DNA of 64,000 bases from Planctomycetaceae bacterium (lineage in GTDB: Bacteria; Planctomycetota; Planctomycetia; Planctomycetales; Planctomycetaceae). The notes below the pieces were generated by a model. It was given only the letters and a program-made list of their open reading frames with translations, did not search any database and was not told the DNA's origin. Where the stretch lies: contig CANJQC010000001.1 of the NCBI GenBank assembly GCA_947476295.1, forward strand, positions 28,555-92,554, in the 5' to 3' direction. A program made the position numbers and the translations under genes. Shown piece by piece: positions 27,901-39,122 of the stretch (positions within the stretch are counted from its first letter, which is position 1; every line of letters starts with the position of its first letter).

Positions 27901-28914
27901 GAGGAAGAAGATCCGGAGCTCCGCGAGTATGGTTTCGACGTATGGGAGACGGCTGATTTTGGCACTGGTGAAGAAGCCAAACGGCTGCTGCCCGGTCACC
28001 GCGTGACATTTACAGAGAAGATGCTTGTTGATTACCAAGCTGGCCGTGGTGGAGATTTCGCCGAGTGGCTCGTTGAAGATCTAATGAAAACAAAGACCGG
28101 CGGAAATCGTTCACTGGCATGGCAGGCGTCGCCACCGCCGTTGTATCAGGAAGGCTTCAAGGTACAGACGCCATGGCTTTATCAGTTCCTGCTGGAGCCG
28201 ACACAGCTGCGATATACGACCGTGCTGCGAATGCCCAAGTTCAACATGAGTGAAAAAGAAGCCAAGACGCTGGCGAATTACTTCGCCGCAGTCGATGGTG
28301 CTGAGTTCCCTTATCAGGAACAGGCACCAAAGGATGCTGATTACTTGGCTGCGCGTGCAGCAGAATTGTCTCATGAAGGTTTGCTGAAGGACGGCGAGAC
28401 ATACCTTGGCGAATCTTGGAAGGCGCTGAACGGTCCGCTGTGTGTGAAATGCCACTCACTTGGCGGTCGCAAATTCAAAGTGTCCGACCCGGTGAAGGAT
28501 ATTCAGGGACCGAATCTGAACGTCGTTCAGAATCGCCTGCGAGCGGATTGGGTAAAACTGTGGTTGTACAAGCCAACTTGGATCACACCGTACACCTCGA
28601 TGCCGCTGAACTTTCCTAAGAATAACCCGACGCAGTTTCCGGACCTGTTCGGCGGGGATCCGGACGCTCAGGTCACGGCAACGCGTGATGCATTGCTGAA
28701 TTATACACGGCTGATGGAAGATATTGGACCAACGACGTATGCACCTCCGGTCGCAGCACCCGTGGATGGTGCTGCACCAGCGGCAGATGCTGTGCCCGCC
28801 GATGCGGCTGCGGCAGTGGACGGAGTCAACTCGATTGCGTTTCCCCCGTCGGCAAAGGTAGGACTGCCGAGCGACGCTGCGTCGTTGGCTGCTGCAACTG
28901 GAGCAGAGAAATGA
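24934..28914 (+). CDS. octahaem c-type cytochrome, membrane-anchored (1326 aa)
   Basis: Eight CxxCH motifs: CRTCH, CTICH, CIKCH, CFGCH, CLACH, CYACH, CTGCH, CVKCH. An N-terminal TM helix is followed by a ~200-aa Q/A/K/E-rich coiled-coil-like segment. The C-terminal tail is Ala/Pro-rich. Confidence 0.9.
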   Translation: MPANDTYWWNQKTLNIVFALSSFVMLLSVILMMQKDHDDEWRPIQRKNFQLEAKIDEVQLTAIEDDTFKAQTGALQQQIGASAAALKKTKAEPGNAELFSTLDAQQRVVDRLEVDLKSKNALRDEARAVYDLGVRDALPADAATQSMAFFESRQQICDEAQSELEKAKVQLAEAAGKTKQITKEHDVLVAKYEKMTKDAARVEASLEKIQPTSLISRMKRSMMEMPIIDGFNSPLKIVQDWMPKLRQTLGMAKIARFDRCRTCHQNIDKTATGGFPAFPAGHPSGESVATWVSENKFPQPYATHSNTELFCTASSPHPVAKFGCTICHDGQGSGTSFGNAEHTPDNPHLADVWHEEYGYHANHFWEYPMQPTRFAESTCIKCHHGMTELGVNPKFGASAPKAFKGYQLIQKYGCFGCHEMNGYDAGVAIGPDLRLEPQTEEDLARIATDPTQVAGKYRKVGPSLRHIASKTTSSWIQYWTEIPSRFRPTTKMPQFFNQSEHLSEADAAHTKGLETIELAGIANVLLANSQPIDLLKPVEGYAANAERGKKFFTERGCLACHQHGAVPGTTADFAPNISDIHLKIKRNPDNPAFSNWLYTWIREPQRYHARTKMPNLFLDAYKDVDGATQIDPAADITAFLLSQGPPGEFPVGEVDTVELDNLVSLFLRKGRFSREAAENIVSTGAFPQKKADVVGDEVVLASEDGSPATDVAEWYNRKLAFVGRKTISRYGCYACHDMPGFESARPIGVALQDWGRKDTSKLGFEHVEEFLHHHGEPAGGKFSSTLERVEEASAAMAAGQDKNGDMTPEEVEREMSTAFFFDSLQHHGRPGFIWQKLRGPRTYDYEKTETKGYDERLRMPKFPLKEDEIEAIATFVLGLIAEPPAPEYVYTPDERAKNRLEGEFLLAKYNCTGCHVVGLPQVTFATKLDDITATEMTPADHENGLAMLLKLRPPHQALTGEDRSYVVDEEKVTLQIARLHGFIASKPDLEEEDPELREYGFDVWETADFGTGEEAKRLLPGHRVTFTEKMLVDYQAGRGGDFAEWLVEDLMKTKTGGNRSLAWQASPPPLYQEGFKVQTPWLYQFLLEPTQLRYTTVLRMPKFNMSEKEAKTLANYFAAVDGAEFPYQEQAPKDADYLAARAAELSHEGLLKDGETYLGESWKALNGPLCVKCHSLGGRKFKVSDPVKDIQGPNLNVVQNRLRADWVKLWLYKPTWITPYTSMPLNFPKNNPTQFPDLFGGDPDAQVTATRDALLNYTRLMEDIGPTTYAPPVAAPVDGAAPAADAVPADAAAAVDGVNSIAFPPSAKVGLPSDAASLAAATGAEK

Positions 28915-28976
28915 CGCGAAGTTTTTTCAGCTCTGTATTAGATCTGTCTTTGACTGAACTGAGTATTGGCAACGCG

Positions 28977-29840
28977 ATGAAGAAGACCTTACTCATCACG
29001 GCGTTTGGGTTGTTGCTGGCGTCGCTAGGATGCAGTGACGTGCCGGATTTCGGTGGCGGTGCCAGCGTTGTACCGGATGTGACTTATGTTGTTGAATCGG
29101 AGGCAGCAGCGACTGTTGATGCCCCAACAGCATCAAACGAAGCGGTGGCCGGCAACGATCAAGGTTCATTCATTGGAAAGGTCGTGATGACCGGTTCAGT
29201 GACTCCGCTTGCTGCCCTGATCCAAAAAGGCGCTGACGTAAAGGACAAAGAGGTTTGTGCCGCAGTTGTAACACCTGACGAACGTTTGGTTCTGAGTGCC
29301 GATAATGCCGTGCAGGGTGTCTTTATCTATCTCAACAAGGCACCAAAAGGCGGTAAGGCTCTTGATGTGCCTGCGGAACCGTTCATGTTCGACCAAAAAA
29401 ACTGCCGCTTCTTTCCTCACTGCGTCATCATCCCGGTCGGGCAGGAAGTGAAAGTGTTGAGCGACGATACTGTTGCTCACAACACTCATACGTATCCCCA
29501 GAAGAATCCTTCTGTCAATTCGGGTGTGGCACCCGGAGACAGAGAAGGCAAGTTGTCATTCACGTACCGCAAGGCCGAATCTGTGCCTCTGTCGATCAAA
29601 TGTGACTATCACACATGGATGACGGCGTGGCAGCTTCCGGTCGATCATCCCTACGCAGCCGTGACCGATAAAAATGGAGCCTTCACAATCTCCGACCTGC
29701 CCCCCGGAAAACATACGTTTGTGGTGTGGCATGAAGCGGCGAACGGTGGGTTTGTTGAGCGAAAACTGGCCGTGGAAATCAAAAGTGGCGAAACGACGGA
29801 GATGCAGATTGACTATCCGTCCGATCGTCTGAAACTCTGA
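28977..29840 (+). CDS. cupredoxin-like (amicyanin/plastocyanin-type) lipoprotein with C-terminal carboxypeptidase-regulatory-like domain
   Basis: Lipobox LLASLGCSD. Candidate type-1 Cu ligands are AHNTH...CDYHTWM (C-x2-H-x2-M as in amicyanin). FTISDLPPGKHTFVVWHE follows. ATG at 28977; the six-frame ORF opens at 28911. Confidence 0.6.
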   Translation: MKKTLLITAFGLLLASLGCSDVPDFGGGASVVPDVTYVVESEAAATVDAPTASNEAVAGNDQGSFIGKVVMTGSVTPLAALIQKGADVKDKEVCAAVVTPDERLVLSADNAVQGVFIYLNKAPKGGKALDVPAEPFMFDQKNCRFFPHCVIIPVGQEVKVLSDDTVAHNTHTYPQKNPSVNSGVAPGDREGKLSFTYRKAESVPLSIKCDYHTWMTAWQLPVDHPYAAVTDKNGAFTISDLPPGKHTFVVWHEAANGGFVERKLAVEIKSGETTEMQIDYPSDRLKL

Positions 29841-29891
29841 GCGTTATTTGAAGTCTGAAATTCTGTTGTTCTTGTTATTAGAGGTTTGGGA

Positions 29892-31349
29892 ATGTCACTG
29901 ACTCCCAGTCTGAAGCCACTGGCTCTCGCAGGCTTTTTGTCGCTTGCCACTGTCATCGCCGGATGCTCTGATTCTGCGTATCAGTCATCCTTCGTCTATA
30001 GTCAGGGCACCTTGTCTCTGATGCGTGAGGCGCAGGATGGCACAAAGGAAACTCCGGGCGTGAAGAAGTTGCTGGATGATCGCTTCGGCGACCCGCAGCA
30101 TCTGAAGGCATGGGGGAAATTGCCAGTCGATTTTGGCGGGACACTCACGTCTGTCGAAGAAGTGAGCGAGTCCGAACCCGGCAATAAAATCATCAAGCTG
30201 ACCGTGGAAGAAGGAAAATCGCTGCCCATGAAGGCGGGTAGTGTCAAGTTCGTCACGGGTGCCTGCTCCGGCGAATCTGTTCAGGTTTCAAAATGGAATG
30301 CTGAAACGGGGGAGGCAACACTTGCGATCGCTCCGAGCAAAGAAATCGCAGCAGGCGATGCCTGTGCCGTGGATGGAGGAACGGTGCTGTCTTCTGGCCG
30401 TATGCTCTACATGCGGCACTGCAGTCACTGCCACGGAACATCCGGTGATGGCAACGGTCCAACTGCACGGTATCTGAATCCGAAACCACGCGATTATCGC
30501 CACGGTGTGTTCAAGTTCACATCCACAAACGACATGTCCAAGATCAGCCGCGATGACTTGTCGCGAATTGTAAAGTACGGCATCCCGGGAACTTACATGC
30601 CGTCGTTTTTGCTGATGAAAGATGACGAGCATCATGCGATCATTGAGTACGTCCGATTCCTGACGTTGCGTGGTGAATACGAGCGAAAACTGGTAGCCGA
30701 ATTGTCGAGCGATTTTTCTGAGGTGGCGTATGATTCTCGCTTGAAGGCTGGCGAGAAGAAGCCGGAAATACAAAGTGAACTCCAGGAGTATTTGGCGGAA
30801 GACCTGAAGGAATCTGCCAGCACTCTGGGTGATGAGCTGGCGGAGATCTGGTCGGCAGCGGATACTGAAGAGGCAGCCATCGTCCCGTCAATGCCGCGCG
30901 TTACGGACACACCCGAATCGCGCCGCCGCGGCCGGGAATTGTATCTCAGTAAGACGCTCAACTGCGCCGACTGTCACGGTATCGACGGTGCTGGCAACGG
31001 GCCTCAGACAATCGCATTCGAGAAGAACCCACAGAAAGCCAACGAGCTCTACAACGAGCCTGGACTGCATGACATCTGGGACAATCTGAATCAGCCTCGC
31101 AATCTGCAGCTGGGTATGTACCGTGGTGGCCGACGTCCGATCGATCTGTTCAGCCGTATTCATGCAGGGATCAAAGGCTCGCGAATGCCATCGTTTAAAA
31201 ATACACCACACGAAGATATCTGGCACATTGTCAACTACGTACTAAGTATACCCTTTGAATCGGATCCAGGTGCCACCGCGATTGCGCCAAGTGCTGCGGC
31301 TGAATCCGTGGCGGCCCCTGCATTGGTAACCGCACCCACTCCCAAATGA
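29892..31349 (+). CDS. dihaem c-type cytochrome lipoprotein
   Basis: Lipobox VIAGCSDS. Two CxxCH motifs (CSHCH, CADCH). Confidence 0.85.
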   Translation: MSLTPSLKPLALAGFLSLATVIAGCSDSAYQSSFVYSQGTLSLMREAQDGTKETPGVKKLLDDRFGDPQHLKAWGKLPVDFGGTLTSVEEVSESEPGNKIIKLTVEEGKSLPMKAGSVKFVTGACSGESVQVSKWNAETGEATLAIAPSKEIAAGDACAVDGGTVLSSGRMLYMRHCSHCHGTSGDGNGPTARYLNPKPRDYRHGVFKFTSTNDMSKISRDDLSRIVKYGIPGTYMPSFLLMKDDEHHAIIEYVRFLTLRGEYERKLVAELSSDFSEVAYDSRLKAGEKKPEIQSELQEYLAEDLKESASTLGDELAEIWSAADTEEAAIVPSMPRVTDTPESRRRGRELYLSKTLNCADCHGIDGAGNGPQTIAFEKNPQKANELYNEPGLHDIWDNLNQPRNLQLGMYRGGRRPIDLFSRIHAGIKGSRMPSFKNTPHEDIWHIVNYVLSIPFESDPGATAIAPSAAAESVAAPALVTAPTPK

Positions 31350-31402
31350 TTTTTGGGATCGTTCAAACGTGCAGGCGACTTGTCTGTCAGGAGTATTGAA
31401 TC

Positions 31403-32206
31403 GTGAAAAAGTTCTGGGCTCTGTTTTTCTTCTTCTGGCCGACGGTGGCAATCATATCCTGCGTGATCGCGCCTTCACGGGGATGGTGGTTTCCCAGCCC
31501 GCCGATGTCACGCACCGGAGTCCAGATTGACGGACTGTTCTACCTGATTCTGATCATCGTGACGATCACGTTCGTGGCGACACAGTATGTCTTGGCCTAT
31601 GCCCTGTGGAAGGGTGCGACGAAGGAATCCGGGAGCAAGGCGTTGTTCTCGCATGGCAGTCATAAGCTGGAAATCATCTGGACGATCGTACCATCGTTTA
31701 TATTGGTGTTTATTTCTCTGTCGCAGTTGGATGTGCTGGCTGAGATTCGCGTGATTTCAAAGTTCCCTGAAAAGGCCACCAAGGTCGCGGAGGTGACTGC
31801 TCGACAGTTTGAGTGGCGTATTCGCTACCCGAAGCCTGGTACGGAACTCACGACAGTGGAAAACCCGGGTGATCTGTATTACGTGAACGAATTGCATGTG
31901 CCAACCGGCAAGCCGGTAATCATCAATCTTCGCACGCAGGATGTGCAGCACGCCTTCTTTTCGCCTCAGCTCCGCGTAAAGCAGGATGCTGTGCCAGGGC
32001 TTGTGATACCGATATGGTTTGATGTCAGGGAAGTCGGCAACTATGACCTAGTTTGTGCTGAATTGTGCGGTTGGGGCCACTATAAGATGAAGGCCCGAAT
32101 CGTGGCCCAGTCGCAGAGTTCGGTTGATAAGTATCTGAAGCAACTGGAAGCTGACCAGAACGCAGACGGAACAAAGTCTGAGGCTGCAGCGTCTGGTGAC
32201 GAGTAG
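31403..32206 (+). CDS. ctaC: cytochrome c oxidase subunit II (CuA, no fused cytochrome c domain)
   Basis: GTG start and two N-terminal TM helices. CuA motif HAFF...CAELCGWGHYKM. Confidence 0.9.
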   Translation: MKKFWALFFFFWPTVAIISCVIAPSRGWWFPSPPMSRTGVQIDGLFYLILIIVTITFVATQYVLAYALWKGATKESGSKALFSHGSHKLEIIWTIVPSFILVFISLSQLDVLAEIRVISKFPEKATKVAEVTARQFEWRIRYPKPGTELTTVENPGDLYYVNELHVPTGKPVIINLRTQDVQHAFFSPQLRVKQDAVPGLVIPIWFDVREVGNYDLVCAELCGWGHYKMKARIVAQSQSSVDKYLKQLEADQNADGTKSEAAASGDE

Positions 32207-32271
32207 TTGATCTAAATTTGTAATTTTCGAGCAGCGACATCAGCTGCATTTTAGTACTCAGGGTTTCTGAC

Positions 32272-34122
<1,851 letters not shown>

Positions 34123-34264
34123 AGCTGCGGCTGGAAGAACCATGTTCCCTCACCAGCTCAACGCCATGGCGAGAGGACTGCTGGGTGTGATTGAATTGTG
34201 AAGAGGTGTTGCTTGGCTGAAGTGTCGGGGCGTTATGTCGTCGGGTTCCTGAAAGAGTTTACTT

Positions 34265-35227
34265 GTGTCTGTTCAGCGTGAAAATGTTCACCCAGTTGTC
34301 AGAAAGCTTGCGACGGCTACGTGCCTTGTTGCATTGCTTCCAATCAGTATGGGTGCGCTTGTCACAACGTTGAATGCGGGGATGGCGTTTGCCGACTGGC
34401 CGTCTTCTGATGGACACAACATGCTGCTGTACCCTTGGTTCCGTGACTTTGCGGCTAACCCGGAGAAGTTTACGGAACATGGTCATCGACTGGCAGGAAT
34501 GCTGATAGGATTCGTGAGCGTGTGCCTTGCCCTGACCAGCTATTTCCTAGATCGCAGCTGGGTGAAGTGGTTTACCACGGCGATTCTGTTGGCTGTCATC
34601 GGACAAGGCGCACTGGGTGGGGCTCGCGTACTGCTGGACCAGAAGGTGCTGGCGATGCTTCACAGCTTCACAGGGGCTGCGTTTTTTAGCTTGTGCGTCG
34701 TGTTTCGCTTAATGTGTTCCACAAAATGGTCGGACTGGCGTCGGCAGCGTGATGACCGCATCAGTCCGCTAAGTGCTTCTTTGGTCGCCATTGCTCCAGT
34801 CGTGATTTTCGGACAGTATCTGCTGGGTGGTGTGTTGCGGCACTTTCATACAATGCTGGATGAACATCTTGCTGGTGCCGCAGTTGTTACACTTTGTGGA
34901 TCATTGGCGGCAACGGCTTTGTTGCGGTCCCGGAACGGACTGCTGCGGAGTTCCGGTTTGATGATCGTCTTCGCATTATTGCTGCAGGTCATGCTGGGAG
35001 CAGCATCTTATCTTACGAAGCTGGGCCTGCCGCAGATTGGATATGTCGCAGTAGCAGGCTCAGTGAGTCAAACTGTGATGTGTTCAATGCATACGGTTTG
35101 CGGCATGTTCCTGCTTGCAAGTACTGTCGTTGCGACCACGTCGCTGGCGGTGCTTCATAGAGCGGGGCAGCTGGCTGGTTTGCAGATTGAATTGCCAGCG
35201 ATCGGTGACCGGGGGACAGTCGCATGA
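34265..35227 (+). CDS. ctaA: haem A synthase (COX15/CtaA family)
   Basis: 320-aa membrane protein with about 8 TM helices and conserved His in the helices (HGHRLAGM, LRHFH). Sits between ctaD and ctaB. Confidence 0.75.
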   Translation: MSVQRENVHPVVRKLATATCLVALLPISMGALVTTLNAGMAFADWPSSDGHNMLLYPWFRDFAANPEKFTEHGHRLAGMLIGFVSVCLALTSYFLDRSWVKWFTTAILLAVIGQGALGGARVLLDQKVLAMLHSFTGAAFFSLCVVFRLMCSTKWSDWRRQRDDRISPLSASLVAIAPVVIFGQYLLGGVLRHFHTMLDEHLAGAAVVTLCGSLAATALLRSRNGLLRSSGLMIVFALLLQVMLGAASYLTKLGLPQIGYVAVAGSVSQTVMCSMHTVCGMFLLASTVVATTSLAVLHRAGQLAGLQIELPAIGDRGTVA

Positions 35228-36168
35228 GTACGATTGCACCGGTTGCTGACAACTTATCGCAGTCACTGGAGTCCGCGAGGTCAGGAGTGCTGGCCACATT
35301 GGTGAGCCGGTTTGCTGATTACCGCCAGATGGCACGCCCTCGCATTATGACCATGTCGGCGGCGGCGGTGTTGTCTGGCTTTGTCCTCGCGTCACCGATA
35401 GTGATGTCATGGCCCGTGGTAGGGATTGCGATTGCAGGTATTTGCTGTCTGGTCGCCGCATCGAGTGTATTGAATCAGGTCATGGAAGCAGCGACCGACA
35501 AACGGATGAACCGTACGTCCGATCGCCCCGTTGCCAGTGGACGGATTTCGCGTGTTGAAGGTGCTGCTTTTGGAATTCTGGCCTCAGTGACGGGTGCGAT
35601 TCTGTTATGGGTGTTCGTCAATCATACGACCAGCATCGCGGCATTCGGCACCATGCTGTGCTATGTGTTGCTCTACACGCCGTTGAAACGGATCAGCACG
35701 CTGTGTACGACGGTCGGTGCTGTTCCCGGCGCGATGCCGCCGGTTCTCGGCTGGCTGGCGGCCGGTGGCGAATTTGGACTGGAAGCACTTGCATTGTTTG
35801 CGGTCTTTTTCGTATGGCAGTTTCCACACTTCCTTGCGATCGGCTGGATCTATCGCGACGACTATGAACGAGCTGGCTTGAAAATGCTTCCGTCATTCAG
35901 TGATGACGGTGCCCGCACAGGCTGGATTGCATTGTCTTATGCGTTGGCGTTTGTTCCGGTCAGTTGTCTGCCGCGAATCGCAGGACTGGCCGGACCAGGC
36001 TACATGTCCGCCGCACTTGTGTTGTCACTGGGTTATCTCTGGTTGACCGTTCGCTTTGTGATGGACCGGACAAACGTACGAGCCCGGCAGTTGATGGTTG
36101 GTTCGCTGATCTGTCTTCCGGTATTGTTGCTGTGTCTGGTTGCCGATTATCTGCGATTGGTTTCCTGA
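35224..36168 (+). CDS. ctaB: protohaem IX farnesyltransferase (haem O synthase)
   Basis: ATGA overlap with ctaA. UbiA-family motifs (NQVMEAATDKRMNRTSDRPVASGRI; YTPLKR). Confidence 0.9.
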   Translation: MSTIAPVADNLSQSLESARSGVLATLVSRFADYRQMARPRIMTMSAAAVLSGFVLASPIVMSWPVVGIAIAGICCLVAASSVLNQVMEAATDKRMNRTSDRPVASGRISRVEGAAFGILASVTGAILLWVFVNHTTSIAAFGTMLCYVLLYTPLKRISTLCTTVGAVPGAMPPVLGWLAAGGEFGLEALALFAVFFVWQFPHFLAIGWIYRDDYERAGLKMLPSFSDDGARTGWIALSYALAFVPVSCLPRIAGLAGPGYMSAALVLSLGYLWLTVRFVMDRTNVRARQLMVGSLICLPVLLLCLVADYLRLVS

Positions 36169-36174
36169 GTCGCT

Positions 36175-36260
36175 CTCCGAAAAAGGGGTCTGACCCTTTG
36201 GAGGCACGTTGGTGATGTTGGTGTTTATTTTTGCCGGAGGGTCAGACCCCCTTTTCGGAG
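36175..36260. repeat. REP-like palindromic element, copy 2 (terminator-like)
   Basis: CTCCGAAAAAGGGGTCTGACCC and GGGTCAGACCCCCTTTTCGGAG form a 22-bp stem with one mismatch around a ~42-nt spacer. The ends, spacer length and parts of the spacer match the copy at 23404-23493. Confidence 0.8.
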
Positions 36261-36288
36261 TTGTCCTTTTCGAATTCACCTGAACGCT

Positions 36289-37344
36289 ATGTCACACACT
36301 GCAAAACCAACCGCCCTGAAGATGGGAATTCCCATTCCGAACTCAAAACTCGGACTGTGGCTCTTCCTGGGCACAGAAATCATGTTCTTCACGGCTTTCA
36401 TTGGGTCGTATATCGTCCTGCGACTCGGATCTAGGGGCTGGCCAACGGATACACATGACACGCATATCAATGTGATCCTTGGTGGCTTGAATACGTTTGT
36501 GCTGATCGTTTCCAGTTACCTTGTGGTTGTCGCTCACGAAGCAATGGCTCAAAAGAATTTTGCCAAGGCCCGTACGTACCTGACAGGAACGCTGCTTCTG
36601 GCTTTCGTGTTCCTCGGGATCAAGTCGGCTGAGTACTACGGAAAAATCTCCAACGACATTCTGCCCGGTCATATCGCCGAGACATCATCGCAGGCAGTGA
36701 AGAAAGCCAGTCGTGAGTTAGAGGTTGTGGTTCGCGATCGCTTCGCGGAATACACCACGAGTGGTGTGGTGCCGACCGATCGCCCAAATGACATTGTTAA
36801 CCTTGTAAATCAGATTGCAACTCTGCCGTCTGTCGCGACTCCCCCTGAAGGCGTGAGCGAAGGAACGTTCAATGCACTCAAAGAATCAGCGCCGGTAGAT
36901 GCTGAACTGTTTCGACAGTGGATGAATCTGCATCAGCACATCGTCGCAAATGTGTCGCTTAAGGTTCCCGCAATCGGACCGGAATATCTCGCTGCCCGCG
37001 CGGAACTTAAAGAGGGCGAGAAACTGCCGGAACTTGAATATGCCGAAGTGACGTCGTTGTTGACGGATATGAAGGCGAACGAAAAGTACGGCTACTACGT
37101 GACCAAAGGTGTCTTTGAACCACATCCTATTGTCTATGGTAACATTTTTGCTTCAACCTATTTCCTGATGACGGGTTTCCACGCTATCCACGTCGTTGTG
37201 GGAATGATTCTATTCTGGTTGGTTCTGAAGCAAGGCAGCAAGCTGGACGAGAAATGGACGGACTTTGTGGAAAATAGTGGTCTGTACTGGCACTTTGTGG
37301 ACCTTGTCTGGATCTTTCTGTTCCCGATGTTGTACATCATCTGA
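36289..37344 (+). CDS. ctaE: cytochrome c oxidase subunit III with a ~160-aa soluble insertion
   Basis: Contains [39 protein letters not shown] and [13 protein letters not shown]. The non-TM segment spans roughly aa 121-282. Confidence 0.85.
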   Translation: MSHTAKPTALKMGIPIPNSKLGLWLFLGTEIMFFTAFIGSYIVLRLGSRGWPTDTHDTHINVILGGLNTFVLIVSSYLVVVAHEAMAQKNFAKARTYLTGTLLLAFVFLGIKSAEYYGKISNDILPGHIAETSSQAVKKASRELEVVVRDRFAEYTTSGVVPTDRPNDIVNLVNQIATLPSVATPPEGVSEGTFNALKESAPVDAELFRQWMNLHQHIVANVSLKVPAIGPEYLAARAELKEGEKLPELEYAEVTSLLTDMKANEKYGYYVTKGVFEPHPIVYGNIFASTYFLMTGFHAIHVVVGMILFWLVLKQGSKLDEKWTDFVENSGLYWHFVDLVWIFLFPMLYII

Positions 37345-37414
37345 GATCCACGCCGTTGATTGCGGGTTGTCTCACGGTCCTTGCCTGTAGTTGATTTTTT
37401 GATTGGGTCCTTCG

Positions 37415-37873
37415 ATGTCTCACGACTCTCACGCCGGCCACGTTGCTCACACAGATCATGACGCTCACGATACGCATCACGTCAATTATCTGGCCATCTT
37501 CGTAGTATTGTGTATCTGCACAGCGTTGTCCGTGATCTTTGACGTAGTCCATATGAGCAAGCCGATCACGATTGTCTTGGTGATGTCTGTGGCCATCACC
37601 AAGGCGCTCTGCGTCATGATGTTCTTCATGCACCTGAAGTTCGAAGGCAACTGGAAATTTGTCCTACTGGCCCCAACGACCATTCTTGCCATCGGCTTGC
37701 CACTGGCGCTGTTCCCCGACGTCGGTGCGTCGTACTACACCAGCACGGCACCTCAGACCACAAAATGGGCGCAGGAAATCAGCGACTACCAAAAACACCA
37801 CGCAGAACATACCGAAAGTGCGAATCACGCCGAGCCAGAACACGCTGACCCTGATCCCGCGCACGTCGAGTGA
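37415..37873 (+). CDS. cytochrome c oxidase subunit IV-like small membrane protein, His-rich termini
   Basis: Has the topology and motifs of the bacterial Cyt_c_ox_IV family (HVNYLAIFVVL..., FFMHLKFE). ATG at 37415; a TTG lies at 37403. Confidence 0.75.
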   Translation: MSHDSHAGHVAHTDHDAHDTHHVNYLAIFVVLCICTALSVIFDVVHMSKPITIVLVMSVAITKALCVMMFFMHLKFEGNWKFVLLAPTTILAIGLPLALFPDVGASYYTSTAPQTTKWAQEISDYQKHHAEHTESANHAEPEHADPDPAHVE

Positions 37874-37930
37874 ATTTCGATGTCAAACTGTCCTCGACCA
37901 GCATAATTTGGAATGCTTTGTGATTCTTCA

Positions 37931-38830
37931 TCAAGGGGACTGTCTGTGAAGGATCATTGTGATCTCATTGCCTGCCGGATTGTGACGTACTTCGTCGATA
38001 AAGGCATGAATCAGCCACAGGCCGCGACCGCAGGGACGATCGAGATACGCCGGGGCCGTCGGATCAGGAATATTACGTGGATCGAATCCCGGCCCTTCGT
38101 CACGAATGGTGATCTCCGCCATATCGCGAGTCATCACCGCGCGCACATGCACACGACGTTCATTGAACGGAGTCTGGTGACGGCGTTCCCCAGCCAGTGC
38201 ATAAAAAGCACTCGCATTATCGCCTTCGCGGAGCTCTGAAGAGACTTCAAGGTTACCGTGAAAAATTGCATTCTGCAGCGCTTCGTCCAGTGCCATCGCT
38301 ATGCGCATCGCACCGCCGCTGTCGCGGATTTTGAAGCGTTCCACCATGCGCTTTATCTGAGCCACCAATGGAGCGACAAGCGATCCGTCGTTCGGCAGAC
38401 TGAATTGCACTTCGCTCAAAGTAGCGCAGGCGGAAAGCTGCGCACAGGCTCGATCCGCCTGCGTCACTGCCAGCAGCCGTTGCAGCGTCGGAATCAGGTC
38501 CTGCAGGTTGCGCTTAGGGACATAACTTGCCGCACCCTTGCGCAGCGCCTCCGCAGCGATTTCTTCACTGCCGACTCCTGTGGCCAGAATCACAGGGATG
38601 GCAGGAAACTGGGCATGCACCGCTTCGACCAGTTCAAGCCCGTTCATTTCAGGCATATTAAGATCGGTGATGACAACGTCCGGCGGCATATTCTTAATCA
38701 TGTCCAGCGCTTCGCGACCGTTGGCTGCCATCACGGCTCGGTATCCTGCTTTCTCAAGCAAGGACCGGAACAGGACCGATTGTGTTCGGCTGTCTTCCGC
38801 GACAAGCACTGTCGTTTGCGAATCTACCAT
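37931..38830 (-). CDS. response-regulator receiver fused to an RsbW/SpoIIAB-like HATPase domain
   Basis: REC domain (VLVAEDS...VITDLNMPEMNG). The C-terminal ATPase fold has AL.NAI.HGN and GRGLWLIHAFIDEV motifs. Confidence 0.75.
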   Translation of the reverse strand: MVDSQTTVLVAEDSRTQSVLFRSLLEKAGYRAVMAANGREALDMIKNMPPDVVITDLNMPEMNGLELVEAVHAQFPAIPVILATGVGSEEIAAEALRKGAASYVPKRNLQDLIPTLQRLLAVTQADRACAQLSACATLSEVQFSLPNDGSLVAPLVAQIKRMVERFKIRDSGGAMRIAMALDEALQNAIFHGNLEVSSELREGDNASAFYALAGERRHQTPFNERRVHVRAVMTRDMAEITIRDEGPGFDPRNIPDPTAPAYLDRPCGRGLWLIHAFIDEVRHNPAGNEITMILHRQSP

Positions 38831-39122
38831 CGCCCATTGCCCAGTCTGTAAGGATCCTTGTTAGCAATCATTTGCCGCCACCCGGCTTCCTACCCTCAAC
38901 AGATTATTAAATCTCGCCTCACAATGCTCGGTGTTATGAATCGTTCTCCATAGATTTGAGGAAATTTAGCGACAAAGCGCGATTCATGTCTGTTGGGCAT
39001 TCACGTCCGACCATACTGTGTGGCCTCAGTTGGAATTTAGGATGAACCGGAATAACACGGACATGAGTGTCCATCGTACCGAACGCAGTACAGATTGTTT
39101 TTCTCAAGGAAAGTGCAGGACT

